Made by a program: the position numbers and the translations under genes
The notes under the pieces: generated by a model
Seen by the model: only the letters and a program-made list of their open reading frames with translations
Told to the model about the DNA's origin: nothing
The model's database searches: none
Source of the DNA: Raillietiella orientalis
Lineage: Eukaryota
DNA: 64,000 bases
Assembly (NCBI GenBank): GCA_036172245.1
Contig: JAYWIR010000018.1
Coordinates: 1,302,001 to 1,366,000 of the forward strand
Direction of reading: 5' to 3'
Part shown: positions 27,201 through 40,824 of the stretch, piece after piece
Numbering within the stretch: position 1 is the first letter of the stretch
How the letters are laid out: each line of letters begins with the position of its first letter

Positions 27201-30142
27201 AATCACATTAAGTGCATTCAGATGAACACTTTGACTGGAATGCAAAAAAAATGGAAATGCATGGACTTCAACAATCAGCATTTTCAGTTGAGTGTTTTTA
27301 TTGATGAAACAGCAGCTGTAAGCAATACAAGCATCATATTGAATTTACTTCTTAATATACAAATGCCTTAACAATGGATTATTATACACTGAGTATTGCT
27401 GTTAGGCAGATGGAAAACTCTGAAGAAAAATTTAATACTCATAGGGTATTTCTACTATTTTCATTTCTAGTTCCTAGAATTCAAATGATTACTTTGAATT
27501 TCTATTTACAAATAAAGATTTGTTATATGGCACTTTCCCCTTCCTCATGCAAAAAATACATATTTTGGGCTAACTTGGGATCACAATAATGATGGGATCA
27601 ATGTGCATTAGATTTGTGCAGAAAATTTGCAATTGTAAGGAATTTACAAGAACCTTTACATATTCACTCAATCAGCGATGCTATCAGCAATTAATATCAT
27701 GTAATCTGACTAAAATCTTTTAATCTTCACACTTGTGTGTTAGATGTGATGATGTAGTACATTGCTTATTCCTATTGCCAAGACAAAGTATGCTATCAAG
27801 TTTAAGCTATGCAGAGTTCCTTTCCTGAGTAGCAACTTTCACTTTAAAGTTTACAATGTAGGGATATATTGCTAATTTTTTTTAACATGTATATGTTGTC
27901 AAGTCTTATATTTATTTCAAAAATCATTTTAAATGGAAGTTTCTATCAGCATGCAATTTATAACTGCAAATTGGTTACAAAAGCAAAGTGTAACAACAAA
28001 TAAAGGAAACTAAATTTATTTCTACAAATTCTTAGTTCCCAGATGCATGGATCTGTATTTTTTTATAAATACTTTGTTTATCTTTGTAATGAGTATATCA
28101 ATTTGAAAAATTAGAATGTTCTAAAAAGTATAATTTTCTAATGATACTGAGCTATAAATGCAGATGGCAAGTTGCAAAAAACAGGGCAAGAAACAGGCAT
28201 TTCTGAAATGGACAGCAAGAAATTTCCAAACACTTTTCCTGTGGAATTTTCAACTCCAGTAGTACTAGGAATTTTAGGCTTGTTGCCTAAATTCCAACAA
28301 ATTTACATTAGAATAAATTTTAATGGAGATCTTACTTCGGAACAGTTTCCATGGAAACTCATGCAATTCACATATTTAAAGTATGCACATGGTCTAAGAA
28401 CATTCAAGATTAAAAAATCTTAAGAGCCTTAAAGTTTGCTTCACTGAATAAACCACTTACCTGAGAATGAAAGCACCCAGTTATTTATAACATGTATATA
28501 GGATACATACAACAAGTCTGTTCTGGTTAATAAGTAATTAAAGTTCCTATACTCTTCAACTGATTTTCCAAAAATTACAACTTAATACATTGTTTTTTAA
28601 TGAAAATAGATGTGGAGATTGAAAACACAGAATATTAAATTAAAAAAAACTTACAAATTACAGACGATTTGATGATTAAACTCTACATTTTAAAGCTCTT
28701 ATATTTAACAATCTGCTATAGATGCCCACTAACTTCTGGAAAATGGCATTTCATATTTCTACACACTTTCTCAAACTGCTCAAAAGTCTTAATAATAATA
28801 ACAACAATGATAATAAAGGGGGGGAGGGAGACACACAATGATCTCTTAAGAATGCATTCCTGGCATTTTGTTTCTCAAAATTCATGATTAGTAAAGCATA
28901 AAATGAATTTTCTATTTTAAATAACCTATCATGCATCAGTAAACTTTCCACATACGGATTTTTAGATTAATACCTGAATATAGTAAATTCCATTATAATT
29001 ATGAATGCATATTGCATGAGGACTTATAGGCATTTTATGATGCACAGTCATATATATTCATGGTTAGTTTGCTTATATTTGTTTTATCACTATTTATTCT
29101 GCGCAAACACGTTTCCTCTGATTTGGAAATCCTACATTGATAATGAAAATTACATAAACAAAAAAAATACAAGAGGAACTTGGAAATTAAACAGAAATCT
29201 CAATAACGAATTTAAAGAAATTAAAAAAAAACGAAAAGCATAAAGAAAGGCTAAGGAAATATTTAAAAAAATCAAATCATTGCACCTCAAAGTTTAGACG
29301 GAATTATACTCTGATTCCACATAGATGTGCTTTAAGTCTTTTGGTACAAAGCAAACATGACACATAATTTACCTACAGTATTTGAATCGAGAAAAAACTA
29401 CGGTGGCTGAAAATGCTTTGGGACAGGGAAACTTTGCGAAGCCTATAATATTAGATTTATTAATACAGTACACTTGAATATGAATGAGTGTGCAGTTCAT
29501 GTAACTGGGAACTCAGAAACCAAATGCCACAGTTTCCATTAATTTCATTAAAACTAAATGTGCTCACATCAGAGAGCATAATTGGCGTTCCATTTATCTT
29601 TTATTAATATCCACGTAAGAGAAAAGCTGATGGCAATAATAGATTGCAAAAGTTGAAATAACAGTTTAAAATGATGAACCATCGAATTCAAATCTTCATG
29701 TTTTACACGTAAGGTGAGTAACCGTGAATCGTATACGAGACATTCTAATAAAAATATTAGAAACCGAATTCTGGGATGATTGGCTAACAGATTTCCATAA
29801 AATTATAAACGGCTGTTTTATCATTTTTGGAAATCTGTGCACAAGTCATTTAACCACTTCATAATCACCGACAAATACAACTAGTAATTTTCATTATCTT
29901 CACTTTTGTCCAAAATGAAATAATTTTGTGATATGACCTTTTTTCAGTTTTTGAAGAAGTATACGTCCAACTTAACACACTTTGCATAAGACCTAATTAC
30001 ATGATGAAAATTACCTATCTCTTGGGTCTATCCATGTAGTTTGTTTCCTTCGATGATCAATAAAATAAACTTTACCATCCACGTCTGTTCCAGTCCCCCA
30101 TCCAACAGGCAAGGGTATTTCCCCATTTTTATGTTTTGGCAT
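24240..30142 (-). CDS. kibra: Kibra / WWC family Hippo-pathway scaffold (WW-WW, coiled coil, C2), about 885 aa; exons 30142-30015, 27050-26941, 26897-26803, 26755-26481, 26435-26067, 26020-25310, 25256-25082, 25034-24240
   Basis: WW1 [45 protein letters not shown]2 [33 protein letters not shown]; also [59 protein letters not shown]2 domain ending [13 protein letters not shown] and DLQLDL. Intron phases are all consistent; total 2658 nt. Confidence 0.96.
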
Positions 30143-32099
30143 ATTTGAAGCTTATTTCACATCATTTAATTCACTCTCATCGTTCATTTTGCATTACTAA
30201 ACATAATTCTTTTGACGTCATTTTCACATTCCTTTCTCCGCCAATAGTCTTGTGTTGCCTAAGGTCTGGAATGCAGCAATTAATAATGTACCATTAGTTT
30301 GCCAGCATTCTCGTCTCTTCAAGAAACGAACATCAAGGTTTCGGTAAACTTACGTAATTAATAGTGGCTATTATGCATTGTACGTAGCGTGCCTAATCTG
30401 TTATCTCATGATAATGCCACTGATTTGTTTAGATTTTCCGTGCACGATATTTAATAATATAATACACGTGAAACGATCCCACAAACATATCCAAGAACAG
30501 AAATTGAAGATTTTAGACTGCAAGAGTTTTTCGTAACTGAAGGATAGAAAAGAAATGCAAAATTTAAAATGCAAAAAAAAATAACAACAACTGCAACAAC
30601 AATAACTGCATGTAACTGGAAAAATGCACCTACTCATATCTTCTGCAATTGATTTCAGAAGACTTGGGAGCAGTCGTTTGAACTCGAAAATAATAGTAGG
30701 ACTTCTTTGGAGACAAGTGTGTACATCAAATCATAATGAATAAGCAATAATATTACTCATCCACTACGCATTTGCTGTGAGAAAAGTTTATACATGGGAA
30801 CAGGCCATGGAAAGTGCAGCATTTCCCTTTTTGAGGCAGCTAGTCAAGTTTCATGAAAATCTTAGGCGTTTTGTTTGTACTTTGACATGTGCTCTTGTCT
30901 AGTCATCTGTTTTGTGTTCATTTCGGAATAGTTTCCAAAATAAGCATCTCCCAGTTTTTGATTGCCAAGTTGAATATCGTAGGGCTTTACAATGAAGAAA
31001 GAAAAGACAAAAGGAAAATGACTGATTAATAGCTTAGATCGAAGAATTTGCTCTAGATCAGGAATCACATTATAATCAATGACAAATTCCAAAGAAATTG
31101 AGAGCTATAAGTTTTATTTTCTTCAATGATAAAGTTTTGGACGAAGAGAAGGAACAGTATTATTCCGTAAGAAAACTTGTAAGAAAGTAACAACACATTT
31201 CGTAAAATCAACTCCACTTCACTGAACTTTTCTGAATGGAGATTCAAATCCAAGTCACGTACAATGAATGTCCACCAGTTGCTTCTTCATCTTCCCCCCC
31301 CAAATAAGCTTCAATGACAGGCAAAGCAGTCTTGAATCAACAAACAACAAATGCATTTAAGCAGTAGTAGATACATCCTAGCATGCTTAAACAAACAGCT
31401 AGAATACATAACCTCCTGAGGGAAACTTAACCATGAATGTTCTCAAGATAGTTACCAGTCTAATATCTTCCTCCTTGTCAGTCTGCATTTCCTGCCTAAA
31501 TAATAAATTGTCCATAAACTCTAAAGTGCATTTTAATGTGTTCATTTAAGCGAAAAAGCTGTATAAAATCAAGTACATTAGTGCATTTTAATTATTTTCA
31601 TGTTTTACCTGGCTCCTAAAAATTCAGATGTGATGCCTTATGGAAGCGAATACCAAGAGTACCAAGATGGCTTTTAAGCGAGTGCATGTCATGCCTTCGA
31701 TTAGTGCGAACTTTGATCGCTATAAATCCAAATTAGGATGGCTAGCAATTTCTAGTGTATGAATTTGCTCAGGTTGTACACAAGTCTAAATTTTTATTCA
31801 GTTCTGAAATTGTATGCAGTTGAAATACTAGTGCAATCTCGTGGCAATAATTTGCAACACCGTATTTGATATAATGATTTAAATAGTGTAATGCACGTCT
31901 TGATTGGAATTTTAGGCCGCACTTATGTTATTAAAACGAAAGCTTTAATCGCAGTAACGTTGATGTGATGATTAATTGTAATTCTGCATTCTGGTAAACG
32001 TGATTATGATTTAAGATTTTGAGATTTGATTGAAAATATAGGTTTGATTTTCTTATACTTCTAATGCACTTAAAGGAAATAGTAGCAATTTGTTGGAGT

Positions 32100-33300
32100 A
32101 AAATTAACTTTATCGGATTCTTTGTGTTGGTTTCCATAACTGTGTATAATAGTAGGTGCATAACTTTCTTGTGGATTTATTAAATTGTGTTAACTTTTAG
32201 AGTGCTCACGTCGTGGAGAGCCTTAGATAGTAATGAAATACGTAGGAATCCGAAAGCATTGCTGGAGGGAGATGTGGCAATATATTAGTGATTCCTCACT
32301 TCTGAGTCCACATCTTTTGGTGAAGTCAAAAGCCAGAAATATTCCTTGGCTTCCCAGAAGTGCAGTCTCAGTTTCTTTGTAGAAATACACAGGTTCCTAT
32401 CTTTTATAGAATGCACATCGTTAGTATTAGAGAACCCATGTTTTTGAGGACTGATGGACGGTAAACAGTTCGTAGTTCACATCCCATCACATACATTATG
32501 AATCATGAAATCATGAAGGAAAACGGGAATTTTAGACTACGCTTTGGTTTCTGTAAATTTTCATTTCAGTTTACATTTCACATTTAAACTCCCAATTTTC
32601 TTGGGTATAAAATATTTGTCCGAGTGGTTCAGTAAGATGGTAGTATAATCATTTTGACTATCACCTTTTCATTTTGGAATCAATTACGATATTTAATTTT
32701 CCAAGTGTATTCAGAAGGCTATGGTCAAAGAATTCCAGGGGATTTGTAGAGAATGGATTTCCATAGAGCTTTCACTGTGAAACTTTATCCTTCTGTTTTC
32801 CTTACTCAACAAAATGGTTTTTCAAATATCTATCATAATCTTTTGTTTTAACATTAAGGCTATGGCTTCATCGATGAAATTCAGTATCAAAATTCTGTCA
32901 GGGTCCATTGAGACTGATATGCCTTCTCAAGTTTTCATATCCCAGATACCCAGCGGATGATACTGACGGTTTCTTCTAGTGATTTGCCAACAAGTAAAGG
33001 TTTCCTGAATTAATTGCTGTTTTCAAAGAACTGGAAATCCTCATCCCGTGCATTTGTTTCTAATACCTCATTCAAATACTTAGGATCCTGAAAAGTTTTC
33101 AATAAGAGTTTTCTGTTTTAATTCATAACCTTTATGCGTTTCAGTGTTATTTAACGTATTTTACGGTTCGACGCTGATTTTACTGGAGAAGAGGCATGAA
33201 AAGAATGCTGTAAATCGTGGAGAAGTACCAAGTGTGCAACTCACTGTCTGCCCACGGACAGAACTTGTTTACTTGAGCTGTTGTGAATTGAGGAAGCGAA
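32100..33300 (-). mobile_element. AT-rich, very old LINE RT remnant
   Basis: Minus-strand ENLRRHISLN..DRIL (~NWRPISLLNxDYKIL) and DFTKRCGLR (~FxxxSGLK), in the expected order. Confidence 0.35.
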
Positions 33301-36300
33301 TGCAACCGTGCACAAAATAAAATAATTGATTTGACTGTCTATGCAAATTTGCTAAGAGAAGAAAGGGCGGTTCTTTTCAAGTCCTGAAGCTCCTGACAAT
33401 ATCGTGCAAATAGCCTAAACAGTTAGCCTTTTAACAAATATCGAAGTATAGACTCCATGATCTTTTTTTTTTTTTCTTGTTCCTTTGGATGCACACCGTA
33501 CTAGAACGCATATATTTGTCATCAGCGAGTTTTCTCAGAGAGAGAGAGAAAAAAAAAACACATTATCTGATGAAACGACGAGTCTGAATTCTAAGGTATC
33601 GGTGTGGTGTGCTTTGCTCCTGTTTTTTTTTTTTTTCTCACGGAAACCTTTCGTAAAGACAAGGACCTTTCTATGTTGCTTGAAATAGTAATCCTACAGA
33701 CTTGGTTTTTTTTCCCCTAGAAAAAAACTCTACGACTCGTGTATTCGCTTGAAATTCATTCTCCCTTATGGCATCTTTCTAGATCTGATCGACTTCTACT
33801 TGTTACAATTCATTATGCCGTGAAGGTTGAAACACTTTCTCACCTAACAGCCAACGGCGAGTTTTGCAAGTTTGTGCAAATCTGCATATTGCTCTGATCG
33901 TTGTCTTGGTAACGCATTCTATAGGGAGGTATGCTAGAACACATACAAAAAAATGGTTTCAAGAACCTGCTGCAACACGTCTAGCTGAGGAAGAACTGAG
34001 AGAGGATCGCTGACTTTCCCTTTATTGAATTAACCAAGATTCCGGGACAAACGGGAACGAGACCCAAGAAATTGGGGATCGATGAGAAATCGAAACGCTA
34101 ATTCTCTTTTCGCGAGGAAAGATTGACTTTGTGCTCAAGGAATTGGTCGAGGCTAATTCTCCCAATCCACAGAGGTCCTGGCACTGCAAGTCCTTTTTAG
34201 AGGTTACCGTGGATACTGAAGACTGCGGGTGAGAGTGTTGAAATACGAACAGTGAGGAGATCGATCCTCCAGCTGATTAAGAAAAAATTTTCCAGTTCCT
34301 TTGAAGCCTGGAAAAAAACGATCCTGAAAGAATGCAACTGTAATTTAACTAATCCCAAAGAATGCGAATCGTCAATAAGTCACTCAAAAATGGACTTTTA
34401 AAAGTATAACCAGAACACTTGATCCATGAAAGCAAAAGAGAAACAAAGGAAATAGATTTTGAGCTGGAGTTTTCATTATGAGGATATGAGGAAATTGCAA
34501 ACAAATTTTCATTCGCCCGCATGGGGGAAAAGGAATGAACTGGATTTTCTTTCTGGAAAAGTGGCAACGGATGTTTGAAAACTAAAGTTCTGCATTCTCA
34601 CGTTTTTAGCCCCTGAACTATAACTGTACCTCAAACATCGATGGACTTTAGATATTCTTTGAGCCTTTTTAGGGAAGTTCAGCCATGCAGCTTTTTCTCC
34701 AGCTCCCCAGTTGTTCGTGTCTTCTACAAGAACTGTTTTTGGGACAGACTAAAGGAAGCTTAGGAAAAATCATTCTGGTTTTAAAGACATTACTCCTGCA
34801 CATGAGGCATTGCCGACGTCGAATTAACAACTTTCAATAACTTATTGCATTTTTGCACATCAATTCCTCGTTTCATCTCCAGACGTTTTCCATTTCTGCT
34901 TCACCATCATTTTCAAAAGTAAGCAATGCACTTAACTTTTCGGAACCACTAAATGATCTATTCGGCTAGCTCTGAATAGCGACATCAAAAGGCAGTATGT
35001 TTATTTTCCAAGGTGCATCTCCAAGGTTTTGCCTTTCACTTTAGTTAAGCCTTAGGTTTGAATTTTGTACAGTTACTTCAAAGTCTTTCCGTATTTACTG
35101 AACCGTAAACGCTAGTCCTAGGGTCCTGGATTTGGAGGCTCAGCATCTCAAGTATTTGTTGATATGAAACAAATATGGCACTTGCGATTTTTCTTTCATC
35201 AGTAGTAAAGAATGATCGTGTTTGGATCATTGAGGATGTTCAAACAACAAGCAAGTGTTCGATTTTAGCTAACGGGGATGAAAAGCAATGAATGTTGTTG
35301 GATGGGAGGCACCGCACAGTTGATGTATTTGGATCGAAGTCTTCCTTTTAGTTGCTTTCCAGAATTGCTCTTTTTCCGAGAACAGTCACGAACAGTTGTA
35401 CAAAAATGTTGTACACACTCACACATTGGGCTCTTACTCTGAAACTGGGTTGTCTCAAGGAGAGGGTCACATCTCCGATTCTACTTCCTGAAAATCTCCG
35501 GAATTCGTATTTTGTGATGAAATTTGCTTTGTAACTTACTTTCCCAAAGGTAGCTTATATATTTATACAATGAATGCTACACAGCTTATCGATTGGTGGC
35601 AAACTGCTTAGCAATTACATGGAAAAGTCATCATGTCCTCGCGACTTGCGTATGATTCGGGAATGTTGCCATGGCTTCACATCGTTCCCACCGCAAACGT
35701 TTTCTCTAGGAACACTTTTTTGAAAATGCTGTCCCATGTTCACAAGAAATTTCTAGGGAAAGAATGCATCTTGTTTATAGCCAATTTATCTATCTGTGCT
35801 TAGGAACTGAGAGAAAACTTTCCCTACGCTTGAAAAAAACAACAAACATGTGTAGGCTGTAAAGTCTACACCAATGTCATCCGATATAGCATCCAGAAAT
35901 GAATTTTCCAACCGATGGAAAATCTCCGATAGTCTCCGATAAGTCATCCAGAAATAGCTAAAATCAATGAATTTGAAAATGGATGCTCCTAGACTACTGG
36001 AATCGTGAACTGCACTCGCAGCTTAGATAACTGTCAGTTATTTTATGCGGAATGCATTTATGCATTTAAAATTGGCTGCTTATTTGTATTTCTTATATTT
36101 CTGCATATTCCAACCCATCGGCAGTAGAACGGAAAATATCCTGATAATTTCAAGAATGAAGAATTCATGTTTTTCCGTGGATCTTAAATGTACTTAATGA
36201 GATTTATGATACTTATTTTATGGACGTGCTATGAAGTTTAAGTAAACATAAAAAGCATGCGACAAAATTTCGTGCATTAGAAAACAATCTGTGGTTTACA

Positions 36301-39300
36301 TGTTTTATGAATTCAGATTCACTCTTTTGCCATGGTTAATCACGTTCATATACTTTGCCATCAGGCCGAACCATGAAAAAGTGATAGAGACAGACTTGGA
36401 GCTTTAGATGACTGATAAGTACATACGTGAAACAAAATGCAATTTGTGCTTGAAGATCCCATGTTCAAATATGAAAGAGTTTGAAAAGAACTAAGAAAGG
36501 ATCTGTTAATGACACAGTTCTTCATTACAAGCGGTATCAGTGCTCACTTTTTTTTTCCCTTGAACACATCAATATTTGTCGTTTTAGTCAAGTTGTTGAA
36601 AAGTAGTTTTCACTGATATATTTGATACTACCACTACTATATTATTTTGTATCATAAATGTTCCATTATTTGTATGTGATCTAGCAATTTTTATATTTTG
36701 CTATGTTATTGAACAGGATAGAGTTCCTCAAAAAGTAACTTTTGTAATCGGGTTTATGTCCTGGATTTAATGCTGTTCACGGTGCTTTTAATATCACGAC
36801 AGTTAAAAACAATATAATCAGCAAGCTTTTTGTTCGTTTGAGGAATGATATGTAATATGGAAGAATTGTATCCCCCCCCCCCCAAAAAAAAGCTCAGAAT
36901 AACTCCTGTTGGGAATCGTTAATAACATACTCAGATGGTTTGAAATTGAGGGGAAAACGCTACAAAAGTGCCATTTCAAACAGTCTGAAGTCGAAGTTGA
37001 CAAATTAAAATACAGTCATTACTTTTTTTTTTGGATGATGACCATATTTAAGGAATAAGCTATGTATGAATAAACAGAAATTAGTTTAAAGAGAATTTTC
37101 TCATAATATTCCTAGGTATCCCTGAGTTTCTCGAAAATTTGAATGCATTCTCCTTAATGATGCATAACGGTCAGTAGCAAAAAAATTTGTGGATACAAGT
37201 TGAATATGCTTTCACGCACTTTTTTCAAAATCTTTTATACTCCATTTTTCATACTGCATGTGCAAAATGCCGAAATGACGAATAAAGGATAATTACTATT
37301 AATGTTTGGATATCAACAAGGATACCAAAACATGTTTTGGGTTAAAAAAAAAAAAGAGGCTTCTCTCCTTTTCATAATGAATTTTTCTTTGGATAAAATA
37401 AGTATGTTTATAAACCTTGCTATGGTTACATTGTATAAAAATACTTATTTATCGGCGTAAACATTATCATCCTCACTCTGGAACATACCAGAAATAAAGT
37501 AGTGATTATGAGATTGCTACTATAATGAGTTATGAAAGAGGATACATCAATCTTTTCAAATATTGGATTAAAAGATAATAATAAATAATCAATTAATAAA
37601 GAAAAATATATGAAAGTATTACATGAAAGAATACTGAAATAAATAACAAATGCATATATAAAATTGCACGTCATAATCACTAGATTTAACATTCAACAGT
37701 TCAGCTATTTCTTGGTGTCTAACTCTTTACTGAAAAATTAATCACTGCGTTGTATGATGATTTCCAAATATTATAACAGAGTATTTCCTGGGTATAAAAA
37801 TCATCCACCTGAAGAATCTTTCTTTTCAAATAGAAGCCTAAGATTTCAGATATAATACAAACATAATCAATGAAGCGATTTGAAGGAAAAAAAAATGTGC
37901 TGTATTTATGTTTAGCAATGCTACAGCTACTGATGTATAAAACATGTTAGAAAGATTTGATCCAAATGAGAGGATATGCTTGTCAAACACTTAGATCAGT
38001 TTTCAACAGGGGCAAGTCTATCCAGTCATGATTCTGTCATGCAAATGAAATCCATAAGATTTTTGATGTTTTTTAAATGTTTTCAGAATGTCTACCTCTG
38101 AAGTTAGGATCCAATTTCAAATGGGATGTGGGGGGGAAAAACGAGATGTTACGTTTTGTATGAACTTCCTAGAAAACGAATCAGACATCTAACGTAGATT
38201 TGCAGTTTTATTTAGGAACAAATTTTCACAAAATATAATGGCAGTGGATCTCATTTCCGAGACTGAGAAAATTGTAAGTCACATAAAGGAAATGTCATAT
38301 AACGGAGATTGCTGAATGATTAAAACCCATACTAATTATCTACCGATTCATTATTTGGTTCGTTTCTTTTGAGATCTATTAATCCTAGGAATATTAAAAA
38401 GTACTTTTAACGGCTATAGCGGAACACTCTTGGGTTCCGATGTTAGGTTTATGTGCTTATCTGCATTTTGATTACGAGGTTTCGGTCTTTCCACTGTAGC
38501 TCAATCCAAGAACTTTGTTTTGAGCAATGTCTGGGAAGGAAGCCAATCTTATTGAGGATTACGAAATTGATATGTGTAAAAATGTTTTCCGGGAATTTTC
38601 GCTGGTTTCCAAGAACGAAATTCTCACAAGATTCATGAACAGATTTGTTTTTTTTCTCACCAGTTGTGCTCTGTTTGAGAGACGTATATTTTTTTGTTCT
38701 ATCATTTGTTATGAACGCCAAATGAGCATACATCATTTCATTTGCTTGAGTCTGCAGATGTGATGAACAGTTAAACCTTCGTAATGAAGTGATACATTCA
38801 TAATGTTGCAGGCATTTTGGTTGCAAGACAGGCGGATCAAATGTGTATATCATGAGATAGAGTTAGCAGTTAGTAGTGTTGTCCAAATGATATGAATTAG
38901 TTTACTCAGGATACCCTAACTTCTGATTCATTAAATTGCTAATTTTCCAATTTGCTTTTATTATTTGGAAAGATAAGTTTAATATACCAAATTTTAACTG
39001 TTATTGAGTCAAGATTATTTTTATATGCTTTCCAAGAAATATATCGTTGTAGCCATTTTGTTAACAAGTATCTGAGTTATATTCCCTAATATAAAGCACT
39101 CTCTTCGTCTATTTGCAGTGTATTTTATTACGTAAACCCTATTTCATTAGATGGATTTATAAGTTGGTATTGCTTCATACCAAGCGTATTCCACCATATT
39201 ACAATCTTAGCGCGGAATCATGCGTGTCAGAACATTTCCATGAAAAGTAATAAACTCTGAATGCAAAGTATATTTCTTTAGCATGCTTTTCCTTATGATG

Positions 39301-39820
39301 TCATACATTTCATCAAGCCCTATTTTTTTCGTCTGTTCTTTTCAGAGGAATTTATAAAACAATCACGGAGGTTAGGGTGACTCAGATGCTTATCGGATGA
39401 ACTCATCGGAATGTTCGAAAGCATAAACTTTCTGCAGTATGACGCGGATTCATATCTTCGTCTGTTTTTCAACATCTTAAGAGTGATATTGGAATAAAGC
39501 TTTTGGAAATCAAGTATTTTTTTGGACCATGCAATCGTATTCAACTGACGCCATATTTCCAATTTCTAGTATTTGTACACGCTTATGAGATATTCAATAG
39601 CAAAAGTCCCAAGTTCAATTCCTCATTCGGTTACATCGTTGGTTGAGGAATTAGAAGACAATTCGTTTCGTTTTAGAAAATGTCGTTTTAGAAATGCGAG
39701 GAATGGCAACTGGTCAAACAGCCTGAGCGGTTTCAAACGGGCGATTCAAACAAGCGGATCCGAACGAAATATTTCGCATTCCTTTCTTTCCCAGATGAGC
39801 ATGCAGCAGTACTAAAAGAC

Positions 39821-40824
39821 ATGTTAGAACCAATTAAGCATATTTTGGAACAAAAAAAGATAATCTTAGCTAGCGCTTCACCGAGGCGAAAAGCAATTTT
39901 AGATTTAGTGGTAAGATGAATTCGTTGACCATTGACTTGTAAATCTGCGTGTTTGGGCAAATGTAAGAGATGAATCTGGAGGACAACTCTGCGAGTAAAG
40001 CAGATTTTGGGGGTTAAATGATCACTTTGTTAGTGTAACATAAAATTCGCCAACTTTGTTTAGAATGAACTTGATTCGTTTTGATCTTTAAATTAAGTAA
40101 ATGGAGTACTTTTCAACAAGTCTCAATCAATAAGAAAGCAGTTTTTGACTTGAAATAAAATTGAAACCAGTTTCTTCCTATTTGTTTTATATATAACGTA
40201 TTTTGTTCAAGGGATTGAATTTCCATGTAGTGCCAAGCAACTATGAAGAAAATGCAGATCCCTCTGAATTTGCAAACATTTCAGCTTATGTTGAACATTT
40301 GGCTTACAATAAAGCCAAAGATGTGTCAAAGGAAGAAGTAGCAGATTTAGTCGTTGGTGCTGATACCATTGTGTGCAAGGATAGTCACATTTTGGGAAAA
40401 CCCAAGGATCCTGCTGATGCTGTGAACATGTTGCAGAAGTATATTAGGGTGTACCATGTGGGATTGTATGAGTACCCTTCAGCTTGAGTGGAGTTGCCCA
40501 TAAAGTATATACTGGAGTATGTCTCCTGCAGCCCCATGCACTTGAAAAGACGCAGTGTTTCTCTGAAGTAACAGATGTAGTCATGGCACAGCTAACAGGA
40601 AAAGTTATTCGTGCTTATGTGGAAACAGGGGAGCCTCTGTAAGTGACTCTTAGATTCAAACTTATATCTTTGATAGGGATAAAGCTGGAGGCTATGGTAT
40701 CCAAGGAATGGGAGCATCTTTAATATCTTCTATTCATGGAGATTTTTATAATGTTATGGGTTTTCCTCTGTATCGGTTTTGTTCTAAATTGGTATCTTTG
40801 TTGGATTCTTCTGATCCTCCCTAG
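39821..40824 (+). CDS. maf: Maf-family nucleotide pyrophosphatase (dTTP/UTP pyrophosphatase, YhdE type; homologous to the N-terminal domain of ASMTL), about 206 aa; exons 39821-39910, 40212-40438, 40483-40638, 40677-40824
   Basis: Motifs [52 protein letters not shown] and [14 protein letters not shown] introns with compatible phases; total 621 nt. The stop at 40822-40824 leaves no methyltransferase domain. Confidence 0.95.

Noticed and set aside
28451..28520. Alternative coding exon in kibra intron 1 (consensus donor CAG|GTAAGT on the minus strand)
   Set aside because: The frame needed to join exon 2 contains a stop, and there is no other support.
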